Below are positions 9,639 to 19,310 of a stretch of 25,154 nucleotides of DNA, one piece after another; position 1 is the first letter of the stretch, and every line of letters starts with the position of its first letter. Both the position numbers and the translations under genes were made by a program. The stretch covers positions 1 through 25,154 of the IMG/VR virus record IMGVR_UViG_3300033508_000131. One strand, given 5' to 3'. This stretch comes from a virus. Its lineage: Duplodnaviria > Caudoviricetes. The notes below the pieces were generated by a model that was given only the letters and a program-made list of their open reading frames with translations, was not told the origin of the DNA and did no database searches.

Positions 9639-12600
9639 ACTTCCCCTTCTTTCGTTAGTTTTTTGAACATTGATCTAATATACTGTTCACTACCGTATAC
9701 TTCACCAATATGGTAATGGATATCACCACCACGTCCTCGTCTACCGCCCATCACAGCTTGGTCGATAACACTCTTAAATCCGGAGTACCCTCCGAGATCA
9801 TCAACTGTTTTTCTCTCAGTGACCACTTCTCCTTCACTTAGGTAAGTTGGGATTAGATCACTGTTACCACGACCATCTCGGACAGTTCCACGTGAACCGA
9901 GTGCAAACTTCTGACTGTTAATCATAGCCACTTGAGTTAAACCAAGAGCTACCATCGAAGCGGCCGCTAGTCCTCTGAGAATACCATCTCCAGGGGTGTC
10001 TGCCGCCGCCCCAATCGCCGCACGTCCTGTAGAGATAAGGGCTTGGATCGAGTCGATAGCTTGCTGTTTCTTAGCTAGTTTACGTTTCTCGTCCAACTGC
10101 TTAGCATCAAGTTTAGCTTTCTTCTGCATATACTCTTGCTCAATTATCCCTCTACGGATAGCGTTGTCACCTGCAAGACTTACTGCCAACTCATTCTCTT
10201 CAGTTAGTCGATTCAATTGAGCGTCATGTCGTTCTTGCATTCTCTCTTCATGAGCATCATAGATAGTAGAGATAGCACTCATTGATGATTCATAAATAGT
10301 ATTTATAGAATCAAGATTTCCTTGGATCTCTTTCTGATGTTGATCGCTAGATATCTCTTTTAACTTTTCAGCTACCTTAGCTAATTCCTCTGGCAGGGTA
10401 TGAGGCGACGCCTCTAACCTAAGGTAGAGAGACTCAAGGTCTTTTATGAGAACCTTCGTAACACGGCTTGACCGTTCAACATTAAGTCCAAGTATCTTTA
10501 GTGGTTCTAAAGCCTTCTTAGTTTTATCAGAGTCAACACTGAAAGAATCGAAAGCACCTAGAGACGCTTCAGATTTCTTAATCTCGGTTAGTCGATTAAA
10601 GTAGTCAGTTATCTCACCAAAACCTTGAAGCTTGCTTGTAAGTTCTGGTATACCTTTTTCAAATACAAACCCAACAGCGTTAAGGTAGGCTTCAGTCCCT
10701 TGAGTACCCATTTCACTAGCTAGGCCTGTCAATGAGTCCATTTTGTCATAGAGTTCTTTTTTGATATCTTCAATATTCTTATTGAAAAGATCACGTTCCT
10801 TCTCTATGGTCTCACGGATTTCACCTTTTTTGCCTTCACTTTGTTTATAAGAAACTTCAAATACAGAAGTAGCTTGAGCAGATATGCCGGCATCCTTAAC
10901 TTTCTTTAGGTTAGCTAGAAGTTCCTCTGACAGACTAACTTGCAATCCTAACCAAGTTTTTTCTGACCGTAGTGTAGGATCTTCACCTTTTTTCGACTTA
11001 CCATCACCTGTAAGGTCTCCAAAAATCTTTAAGTTGGATTCCTCCTTTTTAGAAAGATCCTCTTTAGCTTTAAGGATACCATTCAGACCTTTTTGAATTT
11101 GTTCAGTAGACTTAGCAACATTTATGAATACATTATAATCCATTAAGTTTTTATCAGTGAGTGTCTCCTGTCCTTTAAGAACATGAAAACCTCTTACTAA
11201 CTCTTCCATAGACATATTATATTCAGTAGCAATGTCTTTAAGTTCTTTTCTTAACTCATAGTTTCGGGCCCCTGCGTGTGTTGCTAGCTGTGCTACACTT
11301 GCTTGGGATAATTTAGCCTTAGCATCTTCAAGCTGTTTCCAAAGAGCAATCTTTTGATTGACGTACTCTGTCTCTTGATCCAAAGTTGTGCTCGGGTCAT
11401 GAATCTTATCATCTAGGTCGTCAATAGCCTTTTGGATTTGACTAACCGCTTTCTTTAAGTTCCCAGACTTCTCTGTAAACTTATCAAAAGCTAAAAGAAT
11501 CTTACCAAACATCTCTCGTTTATCTTCTTTGGATTGCTCACTAAGATCACCGAGTTTCTCTTTGGTCTGTGTGGCTTGTTTCTCGAGGTTCTTTAAATGG
11601 GAAGTTAAAGCTACTGCACCTGTTATACCTGCTATCCAAAGGTTAGCGTTACCGAGAACTCTCAAAGCTAAGGTTAATCGACTAACTCCAACCGCAGAAG
11701 CTTTTGCTGTAGTCCCTACAGTTGTAATTGCACCTACAGATGATTGGACTACTGATCCAGTGGCAAAAGTCTTTAGTGCGTCACCAAGCATCTTCATCTG
11801 AGCACTAAAAACCTTTACTGAGGTAGCCCCAATTTTTATTGCATCAAATAATTTAGTTGTGACGAGTAATGTCACTAATGGTTCAATATTCTGAACAACA
11901 AACATGGTTGCTTTACCAAGAGTTTCTAGTCCTTTAGCGAACTCTTTCACTGACTCGGGATGATCCATCAACCACTTGTTCATATCTCGGAGTTTAGCAT
12001 TTATTCCATCGAGTGTACCATTACTCTCAAAACCTGTAATAGCATCAACAAAATTTATACCTAACTCTCTGACAAGTTTACCTGTTTGTTCTAACTGAAC
12101 CCCTAATGAGTCACGGAGAGCGTCTGCTGTCTCTTGAATCTGAGTTTTATTCTTATCAATAATACCAGACATCTGTTCGTATCGTTCCATATTTTGAGAT
12201 AAGAACTCTACAGGCCCAAGTGATCTGAGACCTAAAGTTTCAAGTGTTTCTTTAAGAGTAGTATTGTCACCAATCTCTTTAGCTACATCTATGAATCTTT
12301 TTCCTTCAAGGTTCATCCCTTTAAGAACGTCTTTTACTTTACCTGTTGGTGTAAGCAAATCGACTAACATATTCTTAAGTGCCGTACCACCACGTTCACC
12401 ACGAAGGCCGGATTCTGCGATCATCCCAAGAAGAGTATTAGTCTCATGGAATGTCAATCCTAACGAAGCGGCCACAGGCCCAACTTCTTTAAACCCTTCC
12501 GCAAGGTCGGGGAAAGTTTGCATAGATGCTTCCGCAGATGCAAACAGTTGGTTCATCGCCCAGGATGCATGTTCAGTCCCAATCTTGAAAGAGTTCATAG

Positions 12601-13063
12601 CCGTAGCTACGGTTTCAAGAGTTTGTTCTACATCACCACCGCCTGCTGTGATTAAGTCCATAGTCACAGGCAAGAGAGCAAGAGATGTTTGAGCATCTTT
12701 ACCCATACGTTGATACATATTTGCGGCCTGCGCAACTTGGACTGACGATTGTTCTACTGAGAGAGCAAGTGTTCTGAAACTCTTACTTGCTGAGTCTGTC
12801 TGACTCGGAATAGATCTAGAAAGTCTTTCATACACAGCAAGTTCTTTCGAGAACTCTCCTACCAACTCTGTTGAAGTTTGTAGTGCTGTAATCATAGCGT
12901 CAAGACCTTTAAACATTACTGCATTAGCAAAAGCTGATTCGAGTTTGTCTTGGGTGGTAGTGGCTATCTTTCCAACTGTCTGGATCTTAGCACCAAACTT
13001 ATCTAGTGCCGCAGATCCTTTATCCCGAGCATCAATGTCTAGTAAGACTTTTGGATTACTCAT
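9626..13063 (-). CDS. Tail tape measure protein (TP901-like core)
   Basis: 1145 aa, helical. Core LAEGFKEVGPVAASLGLTFHETNTLLGMIAESGLRGERGGTALKNML; C-terminal FALG...GNSDLIPTYLSEGEVV motif. Follows the chaperone pair. Confidence 0.93.
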   Translation of the reverse strand: MSNPKVLLDIDARDKGSAALDKFGAKIQTVGKIATTTQDKLESAFANAVMFKGLDAMITALQTSTELVGEFSKELAVYERLSRSIPSQTDSASKSFRTLALSVEQSSVQVAQAANMYQRMGKDAQTSLALLPVTMDLITAGGGDVEQTLETVATAMNSFKIGTEHASWAMNQLFASAEASMQTFPDLAEGFKEVGPVAASLGLTFHETNTLLGMIAESGLRGERGGTALKNMLVDLLTPTGKVKDVLKGMNLEGKRFIDVAKEIGDNTTLKETLETLGLRSLGPVEFLSQNMERYEQMSGIIDKNKTQIQETADALRDSLGVQLEQTGKLVRELGINFVDAITGFESNGTLDGINAKLRDMNKWLMDHPESVKEFAKGLETLGKATMFVVQNIEPLVTLLVTTKLFDAIKIGATSVKVFSAQMKMLGDALKTFATGSVVQSSVGAITTVGTTAKASAVGVSRLTLALRVLGNANLWIAGITGAVALTSHLKNLEKQATQTKEKLGDLSEQSKEDKREMFGKILLAFDKFTEKSGNLKKAVSQIQKAIDDLDDKIHDPSTTLDQETEYVNQKIALWKQLEDAKAKLSQASVAQLATHAGARNYELRKELKDIATEYNMSMEELVRGFHVLKGQETLTDKNLMDYNVFINVAKSTEQIQKGLNGILKAKEDLSKKEESNLKIFGDLTGDGKSKKGEDPTLRSEKTWLGLQVSLSEELLANLKKVKDAGISAQATSVFEVSYKQSEGKKGEIRETIEKERDLFNKNIEDIKKELYDKMDSLTGLASEMGTQGTEAYLNAVGFVFEKGIPELTSKLQGFGEITDYFNRLTEIKKSEASLGAFDSFSVDSDKTKKALEPLKILGLNVERSSRVTKVLIKDLESLYLRLEASPHTLPEELAKVAEKLKEISSDQHQKEIQGNLDSINTIYESSMSAISTIYDAHEERMQERHDAQLNRLTEENELAVSLAGDNAIRRGIIEQEYMQKKAKLDAKQLDEKRKLAKKQQAIDSIQALISTGRAAIGAAADTPGDGILRGLAAASMVALGLTQVAMINSQKFALGSRGTVRDGRGNSDLIPTYLSEGEVVTERKTVDDLGGYSGFKSVIDQAVMGGRRGRGGDIHYHIGEVYGSEQYIRSMFKKLTKEGEVWQY

Positions 13064-13412
13064 ATTTATTATTCTTCCTTTTCTTAATTATCCGGAGGTT
13101 AGTCGAATCAAGGAAATGAGCCATCGCTTCATAAAAATCATCGTGTGTCACATTTAATGGTGGGCACGTTGATAAGTATGTAGGGAGTCCACTTAAGGTA
13201 ACCAACCCGTTGTGATCCCTTTGTGAGATAGCTATTGTATATTCAAAACACTTCCATAACTTAGGTAATGGTGTACTCAAAAGTGGGTAAAGTGGCAAGA
13301 AGTTGGCTTTATAACAACCACCTTCCTCACACCCACCATTTCGTAGTTCACAAGACTTACACATACTCGGACGCCAATCCCAATCCGAAGTAGCAGTACA
13401 CCAATCACTTAG
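13056..13412 (-). CDS. Tail assembly chaperone, frameshifted C-terminal part (gpT-like)
   Basis: The -1 frame is open from the slippery site (CTA AGT GAT TGG TGT...) through MCKSC at 13364 to the stop at 13056. No evident SD before the ATG at 13364. Confidence 0.8.
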   Translation of the reverse strand, partial: LSDWCTATSDWDWRPSMCKSCELRNGGCEEGGCYKANFLPLYPLLSTPLPKLWKCFEYTIAISQRDHNGLVTLSGLPTYLSTCPPLNVTHDDFYEAMAHFLDSTNLRIIKKRKNNKYE

Positions 13413-13717
13413 TTTTTTGAGGTGATACCTGCATAAGCAACTAGGATATCACCTAGCATCTCTTGGTCGTTGTTAATAACCCAAGAGAATATTGAACGCT
13501 GTGACGTTTCATTTATCTCTAATGGTGTTCCATCAGAGAACCCAAAACCTTTAGCAGAGACGATACTCTTACGAAGAAGTCTGTGAATAACATTATTTCC
13601 AGACTCTCCTTCAAGGTGTATCGCATCTTCTTCACTCTGAAAAGTGAATTTAACTGATATGTCAGAGTCAATCTTTGATGGAATTTCAAATGTTCTTGTT
13701 GGGCTGATCGCGACCAT
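13409..13717 (-). CDS. Tail assembly chaperone (gpG-like)
   Basis: 102 aa between tail tube and tape measure, with a GGAG SD. Ends TCA AAA AAC TAA (slippery heptamer just before the stop). Confidence 0.85.
   Translation of the reverse strand: MVAISPTRTFEIPSKIDSDISVKFTFQSEEDAIHLEGESGNNVIHRLLRKSIVSAKGFGFSDGTPLEINETSQRSIFSWVINNDQEMLGDILVAYAGITSKN
13412..13418 (-). other. Programmed -1 ribosomal frameshift site A AAA AAC
   Basis: X XXY YYZ heptamer in the correct phase. A -1 slip lands in the frame of ORF 13056..13364 (13412-13364=48). Confidence 0.85.
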
Positions 13718-13747
13718 AATAAATCTCCAAGTTAGGCATTATTTAGA

Positions 13748-13795
13748 TAAAAGAAAACCTACCTCTAGTCCCATACTTTGGGCTAGGGTAGGTTT
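13748..13795 (-). terminator. Intrinsic terminator after the tail tube gene
   Basis: Minus strand AAACCTACC-CTAG-CCCA-aagta-TGGG-a-CTAG-a-GGTAGGTTT followed by TCTTTT. Confidence 0.75.
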
Positions 13796-13810
13796 GGTTA
13801 GTCGAATAAA

Positions 13811-15208
13811 CTAGGCTCTACGGAGACCTGCAAGGTCTCGACCTGTCATTTCGTTGTATGGGTTCTTATTAACAACACGGATTACCATAGGGGATCCCAT
13901 AACATCATCAGTGAAATACTGATCGAATGCGTGTCCACCACAAGTAAGCTCTACTGATAATGTGATAGGTTCTGCTGAAACTTCTCCACCATCGGGGCCT
14001 GCTTTAGGAAGTGTAAACTTCTTAAGGAAGATTTCTTGTGAGTAGAACCCGTATGAGCTACGGATAACACCTGCAAGTTTAGTACGGTTGTCACGCCATT
14101 CCATGAACTGTTCATCTTTAGAATGGGTGATTGTTGCTCCGGCAGAGATAGCGATAAGGCCATTGAGGACAGGGTCTGTCAAGAACAAACCGCTCTCAGT
14201 GTCCTGCTGTTTCTGAAGGGGAACTTCAACGTCTACATTCATCTCAGTTACAGGGTAGAACGTGTAGTTACCACCGTTGTACTTTGTTGATGCAACACCA
14301 ATCTCAAAACGAGTCTGATTGTGGGCGAAGATGTTGTTTGATTCAACCATCGAGCAAAGCATATCATAGTCGATATCAGAATGGAGAGGGTCAGTTGTTT
14401 TGATACGCTCTTGGTCATACCCAAGCCATGAACCCATAACTTCAGTAAATTTCTGAGGAGCCCACTTGAATCCAAATTTGTAACATTTAGTATTCTGAAA
14501 GCGGAAACTGTACTCCGGAAATTTCTTAGCAAGAGTCGCCATACAAGTACGTCTATCGTCTACTGTAGCTTGATTACCAAGTGCAGTACGTTCAGATGCA
14601 GTGAACGCTCGGAACGCTCTACCGTCATTTGAAAGTTCGTAAGTATGCTCATACATTTTGTCCCAACCAATATAGGTAAGGTCAAGGAATGCACCTGCTT
14701 GGTCAAGAGTTCCCGCTTGTGTGTCGGGAGCGTTGTCCAAGAGGTAAGAGAATACAGCGTAGAAGATAACTTTGTTAGTGATCGTCTTAGCTTGGTACTG
14801 TCTAAGGAACGTGTAATCTTCACCATCAGTAGAGAATACAGTTCCTGCAGGAGCATCGGTTAGTCGATTCGTCTGGAACACAATAACTTTCTTAGTCTTG
14901 TTTTCCCAACCTGTCATCCATGACAACTGTTTGTCCATACCATCACAACGGTTGTTAAATGATAACGACTTGTCAAGGGTTCGTCCTACTTCACGTTCCC
15001 CTGTTTGGAACGCTTTACTTGTTACGGAAGTGTCTCTTTCTAAGACAGGTTCCGGATCATGTTCAAAAGTGAGGTAAGGGAAACCTGCATCAATTGACAA
15101 CGGTTTAAGAGGAGCATCTGTACCCCAACCGTTGTGAACATCTACGCCTGTCCCCGAGAACTCATTTCCGAAAGCACCCGATTGGGTGATTCTGCTTGAT
15201 GCACTCAT
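13811..15208 (-). CDS. Major tail tube protein
   Basis: 465 aa with an AAGGAG SD, between the tail terminator-like gene and the frameshifting chaperone, followed by a terminator. No separate sheath/tube pair is present. Confidence 0.72.
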   Translation of the reverse strand: MSASSRITQSGAFGNEFSGTGVDVHNGWGTDAPLKPLSIDAGFPYLTFEHDPEPVLERDTSVTSKAFQTGEREVGRTLDKSLSFNNRCDGMDKQLSWMTGWENKTKKVIVFQTNRLTDAPAGTVFSTDGEDYTFLRQYQAKTITNKVIFYAVFSYLLDNAPDTQAGTLDQAGAFLDLTYIGWDKMYEHTYELSNDGRAFRAFTASERTALGNQATVDDRRTCMATLAKKFPEYSFRFQNTKCYKFGFKWAPQKFTEVMGSWLGYDQERIKTTDPLHSDIDYDMLCSMVESNNIFAHNQTRFEIGVASTKYNGGNYTFYPVTEMNVDVEVPLQKQQDTESGLFLTDPVLNGLIAISAGATITHSKDEQFMEWRDNRTKLAGVIRSSYGFYSQEIFLKKFTLPKAGPDGGEVSAEPITLSVELTCGGHAFDQYFTDDVMGSPMVIRVVNKNPYNEMTGRDLAGLRRA

Positions 15209-15223
15209 CTTGTCTCCTTCGCA

Positions 15224-15718
15224 CTATTGTGCTGTTAGGTTAATTAAGTCGATCGAGAATACGAACAACGCTACCATAAAGACATCGTCCAATTGAGCAT
15301 TAGCAAAAATCTGAGTCGCTCCACCTACCTGTATATAACCTTGGCATGGTGGGTTTCCTTGAAGTTTATCATCCTCAAAAGAATAGATTAAGTTAAGAGC
15401 TTCCGTAGCTGAATCCATAATCATTATCTGATTTGATTCGACTAACGGTAAATTCGTAACTGAATCTTTTTCCTGTCTTATGAATATCTTTACAATAATA
15501 TCCGTCTCTGCACTAAGATTTATCTGACCTTCATACATTGTTGGGCCAAACTGACCTTGCTCTAATTTTATTAGAGGGTAGTTAGAATCGGGTAAACTGT
15601 ACGGGTCTAAAAGATCACTGATAATGACATTGTCTTGGTTAGTAAGGAAAGAGCAAGTCTGCATCTTTGCTTTGGTAGCCATCATCATCTCTGAGTAAGC
15701 GTATTTCGGGATGGGCAT
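15224..15718 (-). CDS. Putative tail terminator (gpU-like)
   Basis: Acidic protein of ~164 aa immediately upstream of the tail tube. I prefer the ATG at 15718 (MPIPK) to the GTG at 15727. Confidence 0.55.
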   Translation of the reverse strand: MPIPKYAYSEMMMATKAKMQTCSFLTNQDNVIISDLLDPYSLPDSNYPLIKLEQGQFGPTMYEGQINLSAETDIIVKIFIRQEKDSVTNLPLVESNQIMIMDSATEALNLIYSFEDDKLQGNPPCQGYIQVGGATQIFANAQLDDVFMVALFVFSIDLINLTAQ

Positions 15719-15720
15719 CT

Positions 15721-16398
15721 CTACCACCTTCCTTTGTTAATTTCTTCGACAATATATTCGTTAAGTCGATTTCTTGTCTTAAGGTAAGCGGGGAAGAAGA
15801 AAGGTCTGCTAGTTCCTCGAAGACCTGTCTCATGTCTGAATCGGATATTTGCAAGTTTCTTAGCCTTTTCGAGTGATCCACTTTGTCCTCCACCTTTTCT
15901 AGGTTTAAACATCTGTCTCCATTTGTCAAGCATAGCTGACCCTTCTCTCACATAAGAAGACCAACGTCCTGTAAAGTATTCCATCGGAGCACTTTTACTT
16001 TTACGTTGTCCACCACCTGTTATCACACCACTCAACGTCTTAAAGACTGTCGGGTCAGTTTTTGATTGTCTTTTATCAATATTTTGAATATCAATACTCC
16101 GACCACCTTCTAGAAGACCACGCTTAAGTCGTCCGGATCTGCTCGTAAGTTTTACAGGGTGCACCGGTTGTAATTTCCTCTTCATCCACGAAAGTTTATA
16201 ATCCATAAAATCGGGAAGACCCGTTCTATTATCCATAATCTGATCTGCCGCGGTTAGTCGAATCAATGACATATACTTGGCGATACCCTTTTTCACTCCG
16301 TTCTGATATACAGACCGCTTGAAGAAGTCTAACTGATCCAATGCTATATCTGCCATGAAATCTACTGTGATAGATCCTTTTGATACTCTTCTAGCCAT
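15721..16398 (-). CDS. Putative neck / tail completion protein (gpZ/HK97 gp10-like)
   Basis: Basic protein with RSGRLKR and C-terminal RHETG...RPFFFPA motifs typical of this class. The AAGGAG SD fits the ATG at 16398. Confidence 0.65.
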   Translation of the reverse strand: MARRVSKGSITVDFMADIALDQLDFFKRSVYQNGVKKGIAKYMSLIRLTAADQIMDNRTGLPDFMDYKLSWMKRKLQPVHPVKLTSRSGRLKRGLLEGGRSIDIQNIDKRQSKTDPTVFKTLSGVITGGGQRKSKSAPMEYFTGRWSSYVREGSAMLDKWRQMFKPRKGGGQSGSLEKAKKLANIRFRHETGLRGTSRPFFFPAYLKTRNRLNEYIVEEINKGRW

Positions 16399-16422
16399 AG
16401 CCACTCCTTTTTATACTAGAAT

Positions 16423-16449
16423 AGGGATACCCACTAAGTGAGTATCCCT
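16423..16449 (-). terminator. Hairpin after the major capsid gene (terminator or mRNA stabiliser)
   Basis: Minus strand AGGGATACTCAC-tta-GTGGGTATCCCT: 12 bp with one G-U. The U-tract is weak. Confidence 0.55.
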
Positions 16450-16473
16450 TGTCTTGTTTATTCGACTAACCGA

Positions 16474-17460
16474 TTACACGATTACATTGTCAAACAAGAA
16501 TCCCCAATCCTCACGGACTTTGGTTCCACGCCATTCTTTGGCGCGGATAACCTGTCCATCAGTACCTGGCTCTGCATACTCTTCGATCTCAAAGTCCTTG
16601 GTGAACTTAGAGAACACAGCTTGCCAACCAAGACCTGGGCCTTTGAATCCAACTGACCCCTGTGACAAGACACCCAAGATCATCATCTGACGAGGATAGA
16701 TATCTTCAAAGTTAGGAGTGTTTTCATCATCAGAGAAAGGAATGTTGTTGTAAGGAGCGGTAGTAGAAACGATTTCTTTAAGACCGAAATACTTACGAAC
16801 AACTTCACCCTGCTCTTCTTTGGTCATGAGTGCTACGTTAGTCGTTGCGTAGATAGTGTTATCTTTCGCAATTTTCTTAACGAGCATATCAATGTAGTCT
16901 GGGTGTGCAATCTGTGTAAGGTGATGCATACGGAGACCATAACGCTTGAAGAGTTTTCCCTGTGCCGCTTTGTAAGCTTCAGAGATTTCGTCAAGAGTCA
17001 TTGCAGAGTGCTTTTTAGCCGTTTCATCTTTGTAGTAATCAGCACCTGTGAAAGTAGTTGTGTTGAAGAGAGCTTCAGACACACGAGCTTCACGAGATGT
17101 TTTAAGGATACCGGTAGCGATAAGGCCCGACTCAGTACGTTCATTGATCTGAACAGTTTCGTTGGCCATAGCTTCCATGTTGTCCCAAGATGCTTCGATA
17201 CCGTATACTTCGGTTTCGTAGAAGTCAGAACCCATTCCCCATTTAACACGTTTGTAAGAACCGTTAAACGCACGTGAAGTATCTACAACACGTTTGTCCT
17301 GTCCGGCAGAGATCACACGGATCTTAGCCATAGGTTCTGTTACGAAAACTTCGGGAAGAAGTTTAGAAGCGATGAACTCATCTTCAACAAGTTCTTCACG
17401 GACGATATCACGAATTTCTGGAAGCTCAGTGGCTCCATGTACAAACCAACCTTTAGACAT
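16474..17460 (-). CDS. Major capsid protein (lambda gpE-like)
   Basis: 328 aa from the ATG at 17460, with a strong GAGGAGAAAGGA SD. N-terminal FIASKLLPEV...SRAFNG pattern; follows protease, scaffold and decoration genes. Confidence 0.85.
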   Translation of the reverse strand: MSKGWFVHGATELPEIRDIVREELVEDEFIASKLLPEVFVTEPMAKIRVISAGQDKRVVDTSRAFNGSYKRVKWGMGSDFYETEVYGIEASWDNMEAMANETVQINERTESGLIATGILKTSREARVSEALFNTTTFTGADYYKDETAKKHSAMTLDEISEAYKAAQGKLFKRYGLRMHHLTQIAHPDYIDMLVKKIAKDNTIYATTNVALMTKEEQGEVVRKYFGLKEIVSTTAPYNNIPFSDDENTPNFEDIYPRQMMILGVLSQGSVGFKGPGLGWQAVFSKFTKDFEIEEYAEPGTDGQVIRAKEWRGTKVREDWGFLFDNVIV

Positions 17461-17487
17461 AGTTGATCCTTTCTCCTCTACTGAGGA

Positions 17488-17510
17488 AGCCACTAAATTT
17501 ATTAGTGGCT
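17488..17510. promoter_or_regulatory. Perfect 9-bp hairpin in the leader of the capsid gene
   Basis: AGCCACTAA-attta-TTAGTGGCT, with no U-tract. Confidence 0.6.
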
Positions 17511-17529
17511 AGTGGGTTAGTCGAATAAA

Positions 17530-17910
17530 TTAAATCTTTTTCTGAGCAGGGATAGTCTGTCCGGCAACACCGGCTGACATTGCTACGAGTGACGCAACAT
17601 TCGTCGCATCTTTTACTGCTTTACCTGCGGCATCAGAACCGAGGCGGTCACCTTTTGCAACTGTACCTGCAAGAGTTACCCAATATTCTTTATTAGGTTC
17701 AAATGCTTCAACTGCAACTTTGCGTGAAGTTTCGGGGCCGAAAGAATTACCGACAGTTACCATGTTGTAAGTCAAGTTAGCACCTACAGTGATAGCTTCA
17801 GTAGTCTGATTGTAGGTAACAAGAGTTCCTACGGTCATTGGTTCAGTTCCGATTGCGAGAACGGTTACAGGGCCTTTAGCCTGCAAAGCACGCTGTTTTG
17901 TAATAGCCAT
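17530..17910 (-). CDS. Head decoration / capsid cement protein (DUF2190-like)
   Basis: 126 aa, A/G/T/V-rich, with GTVAKGDRLGSDAAGKAV...AMSAGVAGQTIP. Directly upstream of the capsid gene and carries the same GAGGAGAAAGGA SD. Confidence 0.8.
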   Translation of the reverse strand: MAITKQRALQAKGPVTVLAIGTEPMTVGTLVTYNQTTEAITVGANLTYNMVTVGNSFGPETSRKVAVEAFEPNKEYWVTLAGTVAKGDRLGSDAAGKAVKDATNVASLVAMSAGVAGQTIPAQKKI

Positions 17911-17940
17911 GTTGACTATCCTTTCTCCTCGATATGAGGT

Positions 17941-18465
17941 TTATTTTTTCCCGAAGAGGGAAGGGTACATTGATCTTGCCTGGATTGTAGCGTCACGTTG
18001 TGAGCAGTTAAGGCTGTTCTTGATTGACTGAATCGCTTCAGCTTGTGTTTTTGGAGCATCTTCGCTGTCTCCACCTGTACCAACCGAAGGGTTGTTAGCA
18101 GATGGGTTAAGGAAAGCTTCTTGATTAGATTCAACCTTAGTTTCTGTTTCAGCGTCAACTTTGCCATCAACCATAGCTTCGAGAGTAGTAAAGTAGTCAC
18201 CGTTGTTAGCTTCGAAAAGTTTACTAACGTCACCTTTGTACTCGATTTTGGTTGCTTTTTCTTGCAGTTTAGCAAGGTTTTCATAGTTAGCGATAATCCC
18301 GTTAGCTTCAGTAAGCTGATCTTTGACGTTAGTCAAATCAGCTTGTATAGCTTGGAAGGTCGCCATCTCTACAGTCGCGACTGCAGGGATATCTGATACG
18401 GTGGTAGCTACAGGGTCAACGGTTTTTGTTGCCTGTTCTTCGAGATTTTTTCTCTTGAAAAGCAT
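17941..18465 (-). CDS. Putative capsid scaffolding protein
   Basis: 174 aa, acidic and coiled-coil, with a short C-terminal helical domain ending YPSLF. TAATG-coupled to the protease. Confidence 0.65.
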   Translation of the reverse strand: MLFKRKNLEEQATKTVDPVATTVSDIPAVATVEMATFQAIQADLTNVKDQLTEANGIIANYENLAKLQEKATKIEYKGDVSKLFEANNGDYFTTLEAMVDGKVDAETETKVESNQEAFLNPSANNPSVGTGGDSEDAPKTQAEAIQSIKNSLNCSQRDATIQARSMYPSLFGKK

Positions 18466-19310
18466 TAGCTCTCCTTTGCTTTGGTTATAAGTTCTGTTAA
18501 AGTCATAACTCCATCCACTAAGAATGAAGGAGCGTTACTTCCGGTAAAGAAATCAGCCTCAGTCCCAACGATAAGACTTGCATCTACATCTCGGTACTTA
18601 GCTACTGCGCTAGTGAAATTTACATAAGTCTCACTAACCATAGATTGAATACGTTCTTCCTCTTCAGCACTCATAGGAAGGTTAGGGTGACCGAATGCTT
18701 TCTTTCCACCTGCACGATAGATAGTTGTTTTCTGTGTCTGGTTAGTCGAATCAACAGCCTTAGTAACTGTAGCATACACACCAATACTTCCAACAATCGC
18801 ACTCTGTGAACAGATCACTGAGCTTGCCGCAGAGCCTGCCCAATAAGCCGCACTTGCCATTTGAGTATCTGTAAAGGAAATTACTTCAACACCTTTAGCT
18901 CGTAAGCTAAAGATTGCTTCTGCAAGTTCCGGAGTACCCATAGTTGCACCACCCCCGGAATCCCAATGCAGGATTAAAGCGTCAGCCTCACAACCTTGGA
19001 TAATCTCTGCAAGACGTATTGTAGGAATCATTCCACAGTACGGTCGCATAGACCCTGTTCGTGGAACGAGCGTTCCCGAGATTTTCATGTAGTCATATGA
19101 ACGTCCCGACTTGGATACAAAATAGTCAGTCTCCCAAGCGGACGATACAGATTCACCAAACTTAGTGCTCTGTTCCATTGCCACAAGTGCTTGGTATGCG
19201 TCAGTGTTATTGATTTTACCATCAAATACAGAGAGCATAGTTTCAAGACCATTGTGAGTCATTGCCCAAGGGGTATTATTCACAAATGAAATCAAATTAC
19301 CAATTGCCAT
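18465..19310 (-). CDS. Prohead protease, peptidase S49 family (lambda gpC-like)
   Basis: Motifs LHWDSGGG, MASAAYWAGS, VGSIGVY and AGGKKA. Confidence 0.93.
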   Translation of the reverse strand: MAIGNLISFVNNTPWAMTHNGLETMLSVFDGKINNTDAYQALVAMEQSTKFGESVSSAWETDYFVSKSGRSYDYMKISGTLVPRTGSMRPYCGMIPTIRLAEIIQGCEADALILHWDSGGGATMGTPELAEAIFSLRAKGVEVISFTDTQMASAAYWAGSAASSVICSQSAIVGSIGVYATVTKAVDSTNQTQKTTIYRAGGKKAFGHPNLPMSAEEEERIQSMVSETYVNFTSAVAKYRDVDASLIVGTEADFFTGSNAPSFLVDGVMTLTELITKAKES

